IMG/VR virus record: IMGVR_UViG_3300017782_000029
Coordinates: 1-50,109 of that record
Direction: 5' to 3' (one strand)
DNA length: 50,109 bases
From: a virus
Lineage: Duplodnaviria > Caudoviricetes
Each line of letters begins with the position of its first letter. Within the stretch, counting starts at the first letter, position 1. The notes beneath the pieces were generated by a model that saw nothing but the letters and a program-made list of their open reading frames with translations, was not told where the DNA came from and ran no database searches. The position numbers and the translations under genes are program-made. Of the stretch, positions 1 through 8,979 are shown piece after piece.

Positions 1-1
1 A

Positions 2-157
2 ACACAACTTGGAAATATTACAAGAGAGTTGGAGGAAGTTAATCTTAGAGTCAGTAAATTAGAAAGTAAACACGAAGCGGAAATGGATGAAATTCATAAG
101 TGGTATAAACAATCACTTGAACTCAATCCACTTAAATGGGGTAAGAAGAGGAAATAA
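2..157 (+). CDS. 3' end of hypothetical coiled-coil protein (truncated by window start)
   Basis: Own translation: TQLGNITRELEEVNLRVSKLESKH...WGKKRK*; open from base 2. Confidence 0.7.
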   Translation, partial: TQLGNITRELEEVNLRVSKLESKHEAEMDEIHKWYKQSLELNPLKWGKKRK

Positions 158-168
158 AATAGGCACTT

Positions 169-486
169 ATGGACTTTTTAGCGGTATATTCAGAAGCGGG
201 AATGATAGGCGTAGTCGGAGCTATGTTTGTTTATATGGTATATAGTATGAATAGACGAGCAACCGAACAGGCTGAGGCGTTAGAAACTTTGAAAATCGAA
301 AATAGAGGGCAAAGTGAAACTCTTGAGAATATGGAAGGTATGATTATTAAACTTATAGCTAGGTGGAATAAATCAGATGACAAGCTTGATAGAAAGTTTG
401 ATGCCATTACAAAAGAGATAAACGATGCTGACAATCAACTATCAGAAATAAAGGGCTCTTTATCAAGAGTAAATGGACATAAATGA
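169..486 (+). CDS. Membrane-anchored coiled-coil protein (holin/spanin-like, lysis module)
   Basis: N-terminal TM (MIGVVGAMFVYMVY) followed by heptad coiled coil; upstream of endolysin. Confidence 0.55.
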   Translation: MDFLAVYSEAGMIGVVGAMFVYMVYSMNRRATEQAEALETLKIENRGQSETLENMEGMIIKLIARWNKSDDKLDRKFDAITKEINDADNQLSEIKGSLSRVNGHK

Positions 487-635
487 TGGACAGTTTAAGA
501 GTAACCGGGATGACAACAAGCTTAGGGTTTGTTTATTGGACAGATGTATTATCAGGTATACTGATGTGCGTTATGTTTGGAGTACAAATTTATTATTTAT
601 ATTTAAAAACAAAGAGAATAAAGGAGAGTAAGTAA
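483..635 (+). CDS. Small membrane protein, putative holin (50 aa, not in ORF track)
   Basis: MMDSLRVTGMTTSLGFVYWTDVLSGILMCVMFGVQIYYLYLKTKRIKESK; hydrophobic core, basic C-tail; ATGA and TAATG overlaps with neighbours. Confidence 0.6.
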   Translation: MMDSLRVTGMTTSLGFVYWTDVLSGILMCVMFGVQIYYLYLKTKRIKESK

Positions 636-859
636 TGGATATAAAAGGAATGATGTTAGAGTTAGCTGAAAAACAAGCTGACGCTATGAAAGATAAAATG
701 ATGGATGAGTTAGGAAGCGAAGATATGGCTTCTAAAATTGCAACTGCTATTAATAAAAAGATTGATATACCTTTCGTATCAGAAGACAAAGAACAGATTT
801 TTTTTGAGAAATGTGTTGATGTAGTAACTGATATTATTGAGGGAATGTTTAAAAAGTAA
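635..859 (+). CDS. Hypothetical phage protein
   Basis: AAGGAG RBS, TAATG coupling; INKKIDIPFVSE motif typical of small phage lysis-region proteins. Confidence 0.75.
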   Translation: MDIKGMMLELAEKQADAMKDKMMDELGSEDMASKIATAINKKIDIPFVSEDKEQIFFEKCVDVVTDIIEGMFKK

Positions 860-978
860 TGGCTAAAGTAAGCTGGATGTGGGGCGGTAAAAGATATTCT
901 GGTACTATAATAAGAAAAACTAAGAATTATATTTATGCAAGAACACATAATGGAAAAGTTAAAAGGATAAAAAGATAA
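859..978 (+). CDS. Small basic beta-rich protein (39 aa, not in ORF track)
   Basis: MAKVSWMWGGKRYSGTIIRKTKNYIYARTHNGKVKRIKR; fills the gap exactly with TAATG overlaps at both ends. Confidence 0.7.
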   Translation: MAKVSWMWGGKRYSGTIIRKTKNYIYARTHNGKVKRIKR

Positions 979-1238
979 TGGCAGAAGCGTGGACTAGAAA
1001 AGAAGGTAAATCTGAAAGCGGTGGTTTGAACGCTAAAGGAAGAGCTTCTTATAAAAAAGGGAATTTAAAAGCCCCTGTCACTCAAAAAAATCCAAAAGGA
1101 AAAGCTAAGGCAAGAAGAGCTAGTTTTTGTGCTAGAATGTGTGGTATGAAAAAAAGACTAACAAGTGCTAAAACAGCTAGAGACCCTGATAGCAGAATAA
1201 ACAAAGCTCTACGTAAGTGGAATTGCAAATGCAAATAA
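978..1238 (+). CDS. Basic phage protein, DUF6321-like
   Basis: AWTRKEGK..GGLNAKGRASY...RASFCARM.G...DPDSRINKALRKWNC signature. Confidence 0.8.
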   Translation: MAEAWTRKEGKSESGGLNAKGRASYKKGNLKAPVTQKNPKGKAKARRASFCARMCGMKKRLTSAKTARDPDSRINKALRKWNCKCK

Positions 1239-1714
1239 CAAAGTTTGATGATGCCGTAAGAATTATATTAAAGCACGAAGGTGGATATGTAAACGACCCT
1301 GTTGACCCGGGTGGTGAGACTAAGTATGGGATAAGTAAAAAAGCTTATCCTTTTCTTAATATTAAAGACCTTACTGAAAAAGACGCATCTGATATTTACT
1401 TTAAAGACTATTGGTTAAAAGCCAAAGTATCTAAAGTACCTGAAGAATTGCGAATGATTTATTTTGATATGGTAGTTAATATGGGAAAGTCAAGAGCCGT
1501 AAAGATACTACAAGAAGCTATTAGTGCTAAAGGCGTAAAAACAGAGGTAGATGGCGGTATTGGACCAAAGACGATAAGTAATGCCCTTAAGTCAGGTTTA
1601 GAGCCAGAAAGGCTACGTAGCTATAGGGTTAAGTACTACGCAGACTTGGTAAACAGAAAACCTAAATTAGGTAAATATTGGTATGGTTGGTATAGAAGAG
1701 CGACATCTGTCTAA
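1229..1714 (+). CDS. Endolysin, glycoside hydrolase family 108
   Basis: HEGGYVNDPVDPGGETKYGI (EGGY catalytic motif), VNMG, LQ...VDGGIGPKT; ATG at 1229 preferred to GTG at 1217. Confidence 0.93.
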   Translation: MQITKFDDAVRIILKHEGGYVNDPVDPGGETKYGISKKAYPFLNIKDLTEKDASDIYFKDYWLKAKVSKVPEELRMIYFDMVVNMGKSRAVKILQEAISAKGVKTEVDGGIGPKTISNALKSGLEPERLRSYRVKYYADLVNRKPKLGKYWYGWYRRATSV

Positions 1715-1994
1715 TAAAAATACACCTAAAAAGATTTTTGATAAATTAGAGTTCAGAGGAACTAAACGATTTAAACAAGCTCCTGAAGAATGTAATTGCT
1801 GTGGTCATACACATATTGTAGGCATAGAATTAATTGGAGCTAAGAAGGGTGTCTTATATTGGGAGTGTAACCGATGTGAAGAAAGATACCTTAAATACAC
1901 AAAAGTTACAACAATGAAGTACTTAAAAATAGCATCCGAGTTATGGATAGATTTAGGAGGTCTAGAAAACATATGCGAAGAACTACCAAATTAG
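1683..1994 (+). CDS. Zinc-ribbon protein
   Basis: CNCC...WECNRC, two CxxC pairs. Confidence 0.65.
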   Translation: MVGIEERHLSNKNTPKKIFDKLEFRGTKRFKQAPEECNCCGHTHIVGIELIGAKKGVLYWECNRCEERYLKYTKVTTMKYLKIASELWIDLGGLENICEELPN

Positions 1995-2764
1995 ATGAAA
2001 AAGTTGTTAAAAGAGGAATTGTTACACCAGATAAGCACTTCCCTCTTCACGACCAACCAGCAATTAATGTTGTTTGTGAAGCGATTAAAAGAGTTAAACC
2101 AGATTTTTATGTTGACTTGGGAGACACAGGAGAGTGGGGTTCCGTCAGCCATTTCCAGTGGAAGAAAAAGAAACGCCCCCCTTTGGAGTATCAATTACCA
2201 AGGGTCTACGAAGACATTAAGAACGTCAATAAAGGAATGGACCAAATTGACGAAGCACTTGATTATGCTAACTGTAAAGAAAGATATTTTGTTGAAGGGA
2301 ATCACGAACAATGGCTAAACTCCTTCTCAGAAGAGAATCCGTATCTTCAAGGGCTTTCCGTAAAAGAAGCTTTGCTCTTAGAAAAAAGAGGATACGAGTA
2401 TTATCCAAACGGGAAATACTTAAAGATAGGTCATCTACATTTTTATCACGGAAATCATTACGCAGGAGTAGCACACGCAAGAAATCATTTAATAAGGTTG
2501 GGATGTAATGTTATGTATGGACATCATCACGATTTACAAATGGCTAGTGTTACGCACGTTGATGGACCTAAGTCAGCTTGGAGTATTGGATGTTTAAAGG
2601 ATATGTCAGATGAAGCTAACGGATGGCTTGGAAATAGAAAAACTAATTGGCAACACGCTTTTGCAGTGGTTGATTACTATACAGACGATAGATTTACAGT
2701 TCACGTTGTTAATATATTGGATGGTGTCACCTCACTCTGGGGCAAAACTATAGACGGGAATTAA
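1973..2764 (+). CDS. Calcineurin-like metallophosphoesterase
   Basis: PDKH, DLGD, GNHE, HG, GHHH motifs in order; AGGAGG at 1955-1960 supports start at 1973 (track start 1943). Confidence 0.92.
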   Translation: MRRTTKLDEKVVKRGIVTPDKHFPLHDQPAINVVCEAIKRVKPDFYVDLGDTGEWGSVSHFQWKKKKRPPLEYQLPRVYEDIKNVNKGMDQIDEALDYANCKERYFVEGNHEQWLNSFSEENPYLQGLSVKEALLLEKRGYEYYPNGKYLKIGHLHFYHGNHYAGVAHARNHLIRLGCNVMYGHHHDLQMASVTHVDGPKSAWSIGCLKDMSDEANGWLGNRKTNWQHAFAVVDYYTDDRFTVHVVNILDGVTSLWGKTIDGN

Positions 2765-2765
2765 T

Positions 2766-3044
2766 ATGCCTAAAAGAATATTTGAAATTGCAAACTTTGA
2801 TAGAGGGATAATGTCTTCGCCTGAAGATGAATTAGACCTACCTACAAATGCCGCTACTTATAGTCTTAACATAGACCCTTTAACAAGTGGGGAGTTAAGA
2901 GGAGTTCCTAAGAGTAACTATTTAAAAAAGACAGGTTTTACAGCAACAATAGAATTAACTAGTTACAATAGACCTACTACTTATTCTTATCCTTCATCTT
3001 CAGTTGTTACAACAGCTAAACCAGACCAACATCAGCTTAACTAA
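2766..3044 (+). CDS. Tail protein; resembles N-terminal segment of P22 gp10-like nozzle/stabilization proteins
   Basis: FEIANFDRGIMSSPEDELDLPTNAATYSLNIDP...GEL pattern; coupled to next gene. Confidence 0.5.
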   Translation: MPKRIFEIANFDRGIMSSPEDELDLPTNAATYSLNIDPLTSGELRGVPKSNYLKKTGFTATIELTSYNRPTTYSYPSSSVVTTAKPDQHQLN

Positions 3045-6000
3045 TGGCTTTTACTGGAGCAGTTAATCCTAACAATAAAAGTTACTTAGCTATAACTGGT
3101 AACTTTACAGGTACTCAAAATGAATATTTTGAAGTAAAAGTTAGGTCTAGTAATAAATGGTTATGGAGATATAAAGGTGAAACACCTACTGTAATATCAA
3201 ACGTTACAAGCGATATATCAAATAATAAATTTACTACTTCTAGTAATCATAATATTGTAACTGGTCAAACAGTGAGTTTAAGTAATTTTATCTTTACAAG
3301 CCCCTCTAATCCGGGCACACAAGGATTGCAAAACAATTTTACTTACTATTTTATAAAACTTACAGACACTACTTTTTCTGTAGCTTCTACTTTAGCACTT
3401 GCTAACGCAGGTACTGCATTGTCAATATTTGGCACATCTCAAAGCAATTTAAAAGTTGCTACAGAATGGTCAGCTTGGTATGATAAGGATGGCGATGTTA
3501 GTGAGTATGGTGATACTGTAGTAGTAAATACTAACTATACACTACGAAATGGAATTAGTGTAATGTTTACTAGAGATAATGCTAGTACTTATACCACAGG
3601 AGATAAGTGGTGTTTTATTGCTTATGCAGATTACACTTTTGAAAACTTAGGTAGTGACTTAGAATACTTACAAGGTATTGATATAGATGATAGTAGAAAT
3701 CTATTAGCTATTGACGGCACAGGAAATGTAAGTGTTGTTGAAAATATTGATGGAGAAAATCCTACTATATTAAATGCTCAAACTAATATAGGACCTGTAT
3801 CTAATAGTAGATTAGATTTTGAAACTAAGAATAAAGAAATATATGTAGCTAAGGGAAAAGACAGACCTGCTAGATGGCTTGGTTATAATAAAAATGGAGG
3901 GATGTCAGGAGAAACACCTGAGTTGCAATTAAAATCTCAACCAGCTATGGATGTACTTGTTTCTTCTATAGAAACTCCAGATAGAAATGCTTTTTATAAA
4001 TCAATAGCTTTAAGAGGCGGTGGTGGAGAGGCTACTAAAAATGCAAGAATTATTGTTGGGTTAAAAGAAGATACAGATACTAATAAATTTTTTGTATATA
4101 ATCGAAATCTTGATAGACAATTTGAAGTTACTGTTGAATCTCAACCTTACATTGTTAAAAAATATTTAGGAATCTTTGATAGTAATAAATATACAGATGG
4201 CTTTATGATTGTAAGGGAGTCTACTAATACATCTTTATATATAGCTGAAGTAGACATATACGACCTTAATACTTCTGGAAGTGGTACTTTAGTAGGGCAA
4301 TCACCTAATAGAATTTGTACTATCGGAATAACCAATCCAGTTTCTCACGCTGGTGGAAGTGGTGATTCAAATAATTCTGGGTTAACTAAAATACACGATA
4401 TTCTTTTAATACCCGACAAAGCTCCGGGACATAGTAGTTATAGTTCAGCTATATCAGGAGGAACTAATTGGACTCTTGTTATAAGTGGTGCTAGAGATTG
4501 CTACGCTCATTGGAGTGATTCTTATTATCCTTCTTATGAGTGGCTTTGGAAAACATCTATGGATGTAGGCTCTGATTATTTACAAGGTAATGTAGCAACC
4601 GGTAGTTGGGACAACATAACTCCAAACACTGTATCTACTTCAGGTCAAGTTGGAGATTCAGAAAACTGGCAGAATATGCAACCTTATGACGCTCTTGATG
4701 GTCAGCAATATAGTAGACCTCCGGGATGGTACTGGGTTTTTGTTAACGGAGATAATAGTACATTAGATACTGTAGACGCAGTAAGTGTTTATGGTACTTG
4801 GGGTGCTAGTCAACCAAACAATCCTTTAGACGATAAAATTAAAAAATTTCAATTTGTATCTATAGATGCTGGTGCTTTACCAAGAGGCTTATGGGGTATT
4901 GAAAACGTACCTAATTTACATTCTTTAGAGTTTTGTGGATATGATAACCAAGGTCAAAATCCTATAATAGGATATACCTGTGAGTTTACATCACCTATAT
5001 ACGCTAATCAAGGTAGTGGAATTTTAGGCGGTGCCTATACAGCAAGTTATGCAGAACAAGTAATTACGCAATGGGAAGCGGCAAGTCATACAGGTTATCA
5101 TTATGCTGATTTATTTGGTCCAGTATATCTTGATGGAAGAGACGGAGAGGTTTCAGAATCAGATGCAAAAGTAGTCGTAAATGATTACCTAAAAAAACAA
5201 GAAGCCAGACCTTTAAGATGGGTAACAAACTTTATACCTATAAGCACTGTTGAAGGACCTCAAGTGTTTAAGATGTTAAGTCACACTGTAGATTGGGAAG
5301 ATAGTAGAGAGTTATCAGTGCAACTAAAAAGCAATTTACCTAACGTAGCTGACAACGCTAATATAAGTGAGCTTACACCTTATCAAGATAGCACTATAGG
5401 AAGCCTAAATTTAGATGCTTGTCCTAGCAATGAGCCATTGTTTGGTTTAAACGGAAGGTTCAATATTTTAACAGAAGGCACTCTTCGAAGAAGAGCTGTT
5501 ATGACTTACATAAGAAGAGGGAATAGGCAATACGGCTTGTATAGATTTGGAGATGAAGCTTCTAGACCTATGAATTTACAAACTACAACTGGTTCTCATC
5601 CTACTGTAGATATATTTCCAAACGATTGGAACAAGCAAACTACTGACCATCCGTATAATGCTTATACTTCTTGGGAAAAAGGTTTAGCTCAACCTGACTA
5701 TGTAACAGACTATAAGCAAAGTTCTACTTATTTCTATGCGATTAGTACTGGAACTAATGCTAATGCTGATTTAGCACAGAAAACTCAATACCTTCCTATA
5801 ATTGGTTCTACTGGAGACGATAAAAATGGTTACAGATTAACAGAGACTAATTGGTGGGCACCTAGTACAGATTGGAAAGATGGAGCTACTACTGTATGGC
5901 ATCCAAATGATGATGTAGCTGATTATGCTTACGCTGTAAAAAATGATGCTTTTCAAGATATAGCTTTTTTTAAAATGATAGCTAGGAATGGAGGGACTAC

Positions 6001-7510
6001 TACTAATTTATTTAGTTCAGGTGGTGGTAATTATTTTAACATAACTACACCAGTAACAGTGACAGGAACTGATTGGGCTGGACCACTAGGAGTTAACACT
6101 GCTTTTTATAGAGCCTCTTTAGTATTAGATGGATATCAAGAAACTGCATTTATATCTACAACATCGGCAGGTCCTGCTGGTGATGATAATGACCCTGATG
6201 ATGAGACAACTGATGGAGGAGACCCTGCTGTTGAATTAGCAAGTGCTAAGGATGTTGGAACACATTTAAAAGTAACTGTACAAATTAAAGGTGGATTTGA
6301 AATACCATCTAGGGTTACAGGAGTTGCAGTTTATAGAGCTATATCTCTTACAGATGGTTCTACTGACCCACAAAGTCAATATAGATTTATACAAGAAGTT
6401 TCTTTAAAATCTTTTGGATGGAATGCAACTACAGGTTATTTTGAGTTTGATGTAATTGACACAGGAGACGCTGAAGCTACATACGAAGCTATTAATGGAC
6501 TTAGTGAGAATATGTACAATCTACATATAAATTATAGCTGTAATGCTCAGCTTAATGGGTATATGTTTGTTGGTAATTGTAGCCACTCAGAAGTAGAAGA
6601 TGCTAGTAATTATGTATTCAGGTCTCAACCTGCTAAGTATTCTGTATTTGATTGGTCTAAAGATTTTTTACAACTACCTTTTGTACCTATAGCTTTACAG
6701 GGTTTTCAAGGTAAACTTTTTGCTTTTAGTAATAATCAAATGGCTATGGTAAATCCTGAAACTTTATATACTGAAGATACTGTAGAGGGTATTGGTTGTA
6801 TAAACACTCAAACTAAAATGGTTACTGATGCTGGGTTTATATGGGCAGATTACAGAAATATTTATATATCTACACCTCAAGTTAGTCCTATAGGAGGACC
6901 AATATTAAATGTAGATGATTACGGTTGGTTAAATTTAACTAACGAAGAAAAAGACAATGTAAGATTTGGTTATGATGCTAAAAGAAAATCAATACTATTA
7001 TTTTTTACAAGAACAATAAGCGGTACTGCATATAACTTATGCTGGGCATATTCACTTGGTAAAAGGAGATGGGACCTTTGGCAAACTGATGGAAAAGTAA
7101 AAGACACATTATTAACAAAAGATGGACATACTGTATTATTATTAGATAATAACAAGATACAAAAATATTTAAGTAGGACTAGTGAAAGAGCCGATTGGGA
7201 GTGGCACTCAAAGAAACTGGGTATGGGTGAGACTATGGTTGACAAGAAAGTCAGGAACATAAAAGTAGAAGGCTCTGACAGAGCTAATATTAGTTTACAA
7301 TACAAAGTTCCAGAAAACAATTCAGCTTGGCAAAGTGGTCAAGATGTAAGTAGTAGTTTTTCTGGCAGTACTAATACAGCTATTAAATTAGCTAATGTAG
7401 ATAATGGGAAACTGCATTGGGTAAAGTTAAAGATAGCTGGTAGTAATACTAATCGTGATGTCAGAGCTAAAGCAACATCGGTAATTTACAAACCTAAGAG
7501 ACCTAAATAA
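3044..7510 (+). CDS. Large tail nozzle / virion stabilization protein
   Basis: 1488 aa, beta-rich; C-terminal propeller-like region (YMFVGN, EGIGCIN, GYDAKRK, WEWHSKKLGMG..DKKVRNIKV) typical of podovirus gp10/nozzle; precedes ejection proteins. Confidence 0.7.
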   Translation: MAFTGAVNPNNKSYLAITGNFTGTQNEYFEVKVRSSNKWLWRYKGETPTVISNVTSDISNNKFTTSSNHNIVTGQTVSLSNFIFTSPSNPGTQGLQNNFTYYFIKLTDTTFSVASTLALANAGTALSIFGTSQSNLKVATEWSAWYDKDGDVSEYGDTVVVNTNYTLRNGISVMFTRDNASTYTTGDKWCFIAYADYTFENLGSDLEYLQGIDIDDSRNLLAIDGTGNVSVVENIDGENPTILNAQTNIGPVSNSRLDFETKNKEIYVAKGKDRPARWLGYNKNGGMSGETPELQLKSQPAMDVLVSSIETPDRNAFYKSIALRGGGGEATKNARIIVGLKEDTDTNKFFVYNRNLDRQFEVTVESQPYIVKKYLGIFDSNKYTDGFMIVRESTNTSLYIAEVDIYDLNTSGSGTLVGQSPNRICTIGITNPVSHAGGSGDSNNSGLTKIHDILLIPDKAPGHSSYSSAISGGTNWTLVISGARDCYAHWSDSYYPSYEWLWKTSMDVGSDYLQGNVATGSWDNITPNTVSTSGQVGDSENWQNMQPYDALDGQQYSRPPGWYWVFVNGDNSTLDTVDAVSVYGTWGASQPNNPLDDKIKKFQFVSIDAGALPRGLWGIENVPNLHSLEFCGYDNQGQNPIIGYTCEFTSPIYANQGSGILGGAYTASYAEQVITQWEAASHTGYHYADLFGPVYLDGRDGEVSESDAKVVVNDYLKKQEARPLRWVTNFIPISTVEGPQVFKMLSHTVDWEDSRELSVQLKSNLPNVADNANISELTPYQDSTIGSLNLDACPSNEPLFGLNGRFNILTEGTLRRRAVMTYIRRGNRQYGLYRFGDEASRPMNLQTTTGSHPTVDIFPNDWNKQTTDHPYNAYTSWEKGLAQPDYVTDYKQSSTYFYAISTGTNANADLAQKTQYLPIIGSTGDDKNGYRLTETNWWAPSTDWKDGATTVWHPNDDVADYAYAVKNDAFQDIAFFKMIARNGGTTTNLFSSGGGNYFNITTPVTVTGTDWAGPLGVNTAFYRASLVLDGYQETAFISTTSAGPAGDDNDPDDETTDGGDPAVELASAKDVGTHLKVTVQIKGGFEIPSRVTGVAVYRAISLTDGSTDPQSQYRFIQEVSLKSFGWNATTGYFEFDVIDTGDAEATYEAINGLSENMYNLHINYSCNAQLNGYMFVGNCSHSEVEDASNYVFRSQPAKYSVFDWSKDFLQLPFVPIALQGFQGKLFAFSNNQMAMVNPETLYTEDTVEGIGCINTQTKMVTDAGFIWADYRNIYISTPQVSPIGGPILNVDDYGWLNLTNEEKDNVRFGYDAKRKSILLFFTRTISGTAYNLCWAYSLGKRRWDLWQTDGKVKDTLLTKDGHTVLLLDNNKIQKYLSRTSERADWEWHSKKLGMGETMVDKKVRNIKVEGSDRANISLQYKVPENNSAWQSGQDVSSSFSGSTNTAIKLANVDNGKLHWVKLKIAGSNTNRDVRAKATSVIYKPKRPK

Positions 7511-7788
7511 TGAAAATTAAAAAGATTATTAAAAAATCAAAAGCTATTGGTAAACCTTCTGGAATATTTAAAGGTGATACTGATAAGTTTTTTGGGCAAG
7601 AAGTAACAAACAAAATTGATGAGTTAAAAGAGCTAATACAGGGTGAAGATAAAACATCTAGTAGTGGTAAAGTTGGTTCTATAAGAGTAATTATAGATAA
7701 AGATACGCCTTATGTGGAGATAAAAAGCGTTAAGGGTTGGATAAGGTCAAGTAATTCATCTGTGAGTGGTTTTGAATTTAAAAAATAG
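7510..7788 (+). CDS. Hypothetical structural protein
   Basis: TAATG-coupled to nozzle gene. Confidence 0.7.
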   Translation: MKIKKIIKKSKAIGKPSGIFKGDTDKFFGQEVTNKIDELKELIQGEDKTSSSGKVGSIRVIIDKDTPYVEIKSVKGWIRSSNSSVSGFEFKK

Positions 7789-7818
7789 TTATATTAAATA
7801 GATACATAAGGTATAGAT

Positions 7819-8979
7819 ATGAGTTGGTTAAGTGATTGGATAGATAAAAAGTCTGGTAAGCAAGATGCTATAGACATTGAAGCACAGCAAGGTCGTTATA
7901 ATAAAGCAATGGCAGGTACCAATACTGGTTACGAAAAAATGATGGGTATTGCTGAGCAACAAATGGATGTTAACAGTGAGTTAAATCGTTCTAGGTTAGC
8001 AATGATGGAAAGTAGTAGTGCTGACAATGCGGCTGAATCAGCTAGGTTAGCACAAAGAGGAGCGGCTAGTGCGGGTGGTGCTCCAGCGGCGGCAATGGCT
8101 TTCCAACAACAAGATATGGCAAGAAAAGCTCAGTCTGGAGTTATGGACCAATATCAAAAAGGAATGTTTCAACAGCAAGAAAGTGCACTTGGAACAATGG
8201 GCGGTGTCTTAGCTAATCAAGGTCAGATTGCACAATCAGGTTTTAATATGGGCGAATCTGCTAGAGAGTACAATAAAAAAGTTGATGCAAGGGCACAGGC
8301 TAGAAAAGGTGCAATGCTTGGTGGAGCTTTAAAAATTGGCGGTGGATTACTAATGGGTAACCCTGCAATGGCTTTAGGTGGAGCAAGTTCTTTTTTACAA
8401 GAAGGTGGTGCAGTAGGATATAATACAGGTGGTGAAGTAGAAGACCCAGAAAATCCTAAACCAGTAGGTAATGGTCCTACAGATGACAGTAGTTTTTTAC
8501 TTCATATGTTTAGATACAACCAAGGACTGAAAGGTGAAAAGTTTATGGGTGGAGTTAAAGGACAGCTTGGTGCAGGTTTATTAGGTATGGCAACAGGTGT
8601 TAGTCCTGCTTTATTAGGCGTAGCAGGGCATTTATATGGTAGACATAGGTCAGGTAAAATTTTTAAAGAAAGCAACGAAGATTTAATTAATCAAGTAGAT
8701 AGAGATAGATATGACGAAATGAGAAGGGAATTTGGAAGAAAAGCATCAGCAGAAAGGAAAGCACAGGGTATGAATAGATATCAAGAAGGTGGTCAATACA
8801 GCCCACTGCCCGGTGATGTAGTAGATGCTAAACTAGAACCCGGCGAATATGTACTAAATAGAAATGCAGTTAATGCCATAGGTAAAGAAAATCTTGATGA
8901 AATTAATAATGAAAAAGCTCCTAGATTTGATAAAGGAAAAGTTAAAATGAGAATGGGAGGGTATCTTTATGGCGGATAA
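7819..8979 (+). CDS. Internal virion (ejection) protein
   Basis: A/G/Q/M-rich helical; GDVVDAKLEPGEYVLNRNAVNAIG motif found in tape-measure/ejection proteins; position after nozzle. Confidence 0.75.
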   Translation: MSWLSDWIDKKSGKQDAIDIEAQQGRYNKAMAGTNTGYEKMMGIAEQQMDVNSELNRSRLAMMESSSADNAAESARLAQRGAASAGGAPAAAMAFQQQDMARKAQSGVMDQYQKGMFQQQESALGTMGGVLANQGQIAQSGFNMGESAREYNKKVDARAQARKGAMLGGALKIGGGLLMGNPAMALGGASSFLQEGGAVGYNTGGEVEDPENPKPVGNGPTDDSSFLLHMFRYNQGLKGEKFMGGVKGQLGAGLLGMATGVSPALLGVAGHLYGRHRSGKIFKESNEDLINQVDRDRYDEMRREFGRKASAERKAQGMNRYQEGGQYSPLPGDVVDAKLEPGEYVLNRNAVNAIGKENLDEINNEKAPRFDKGKVKMRMGGYLYGG

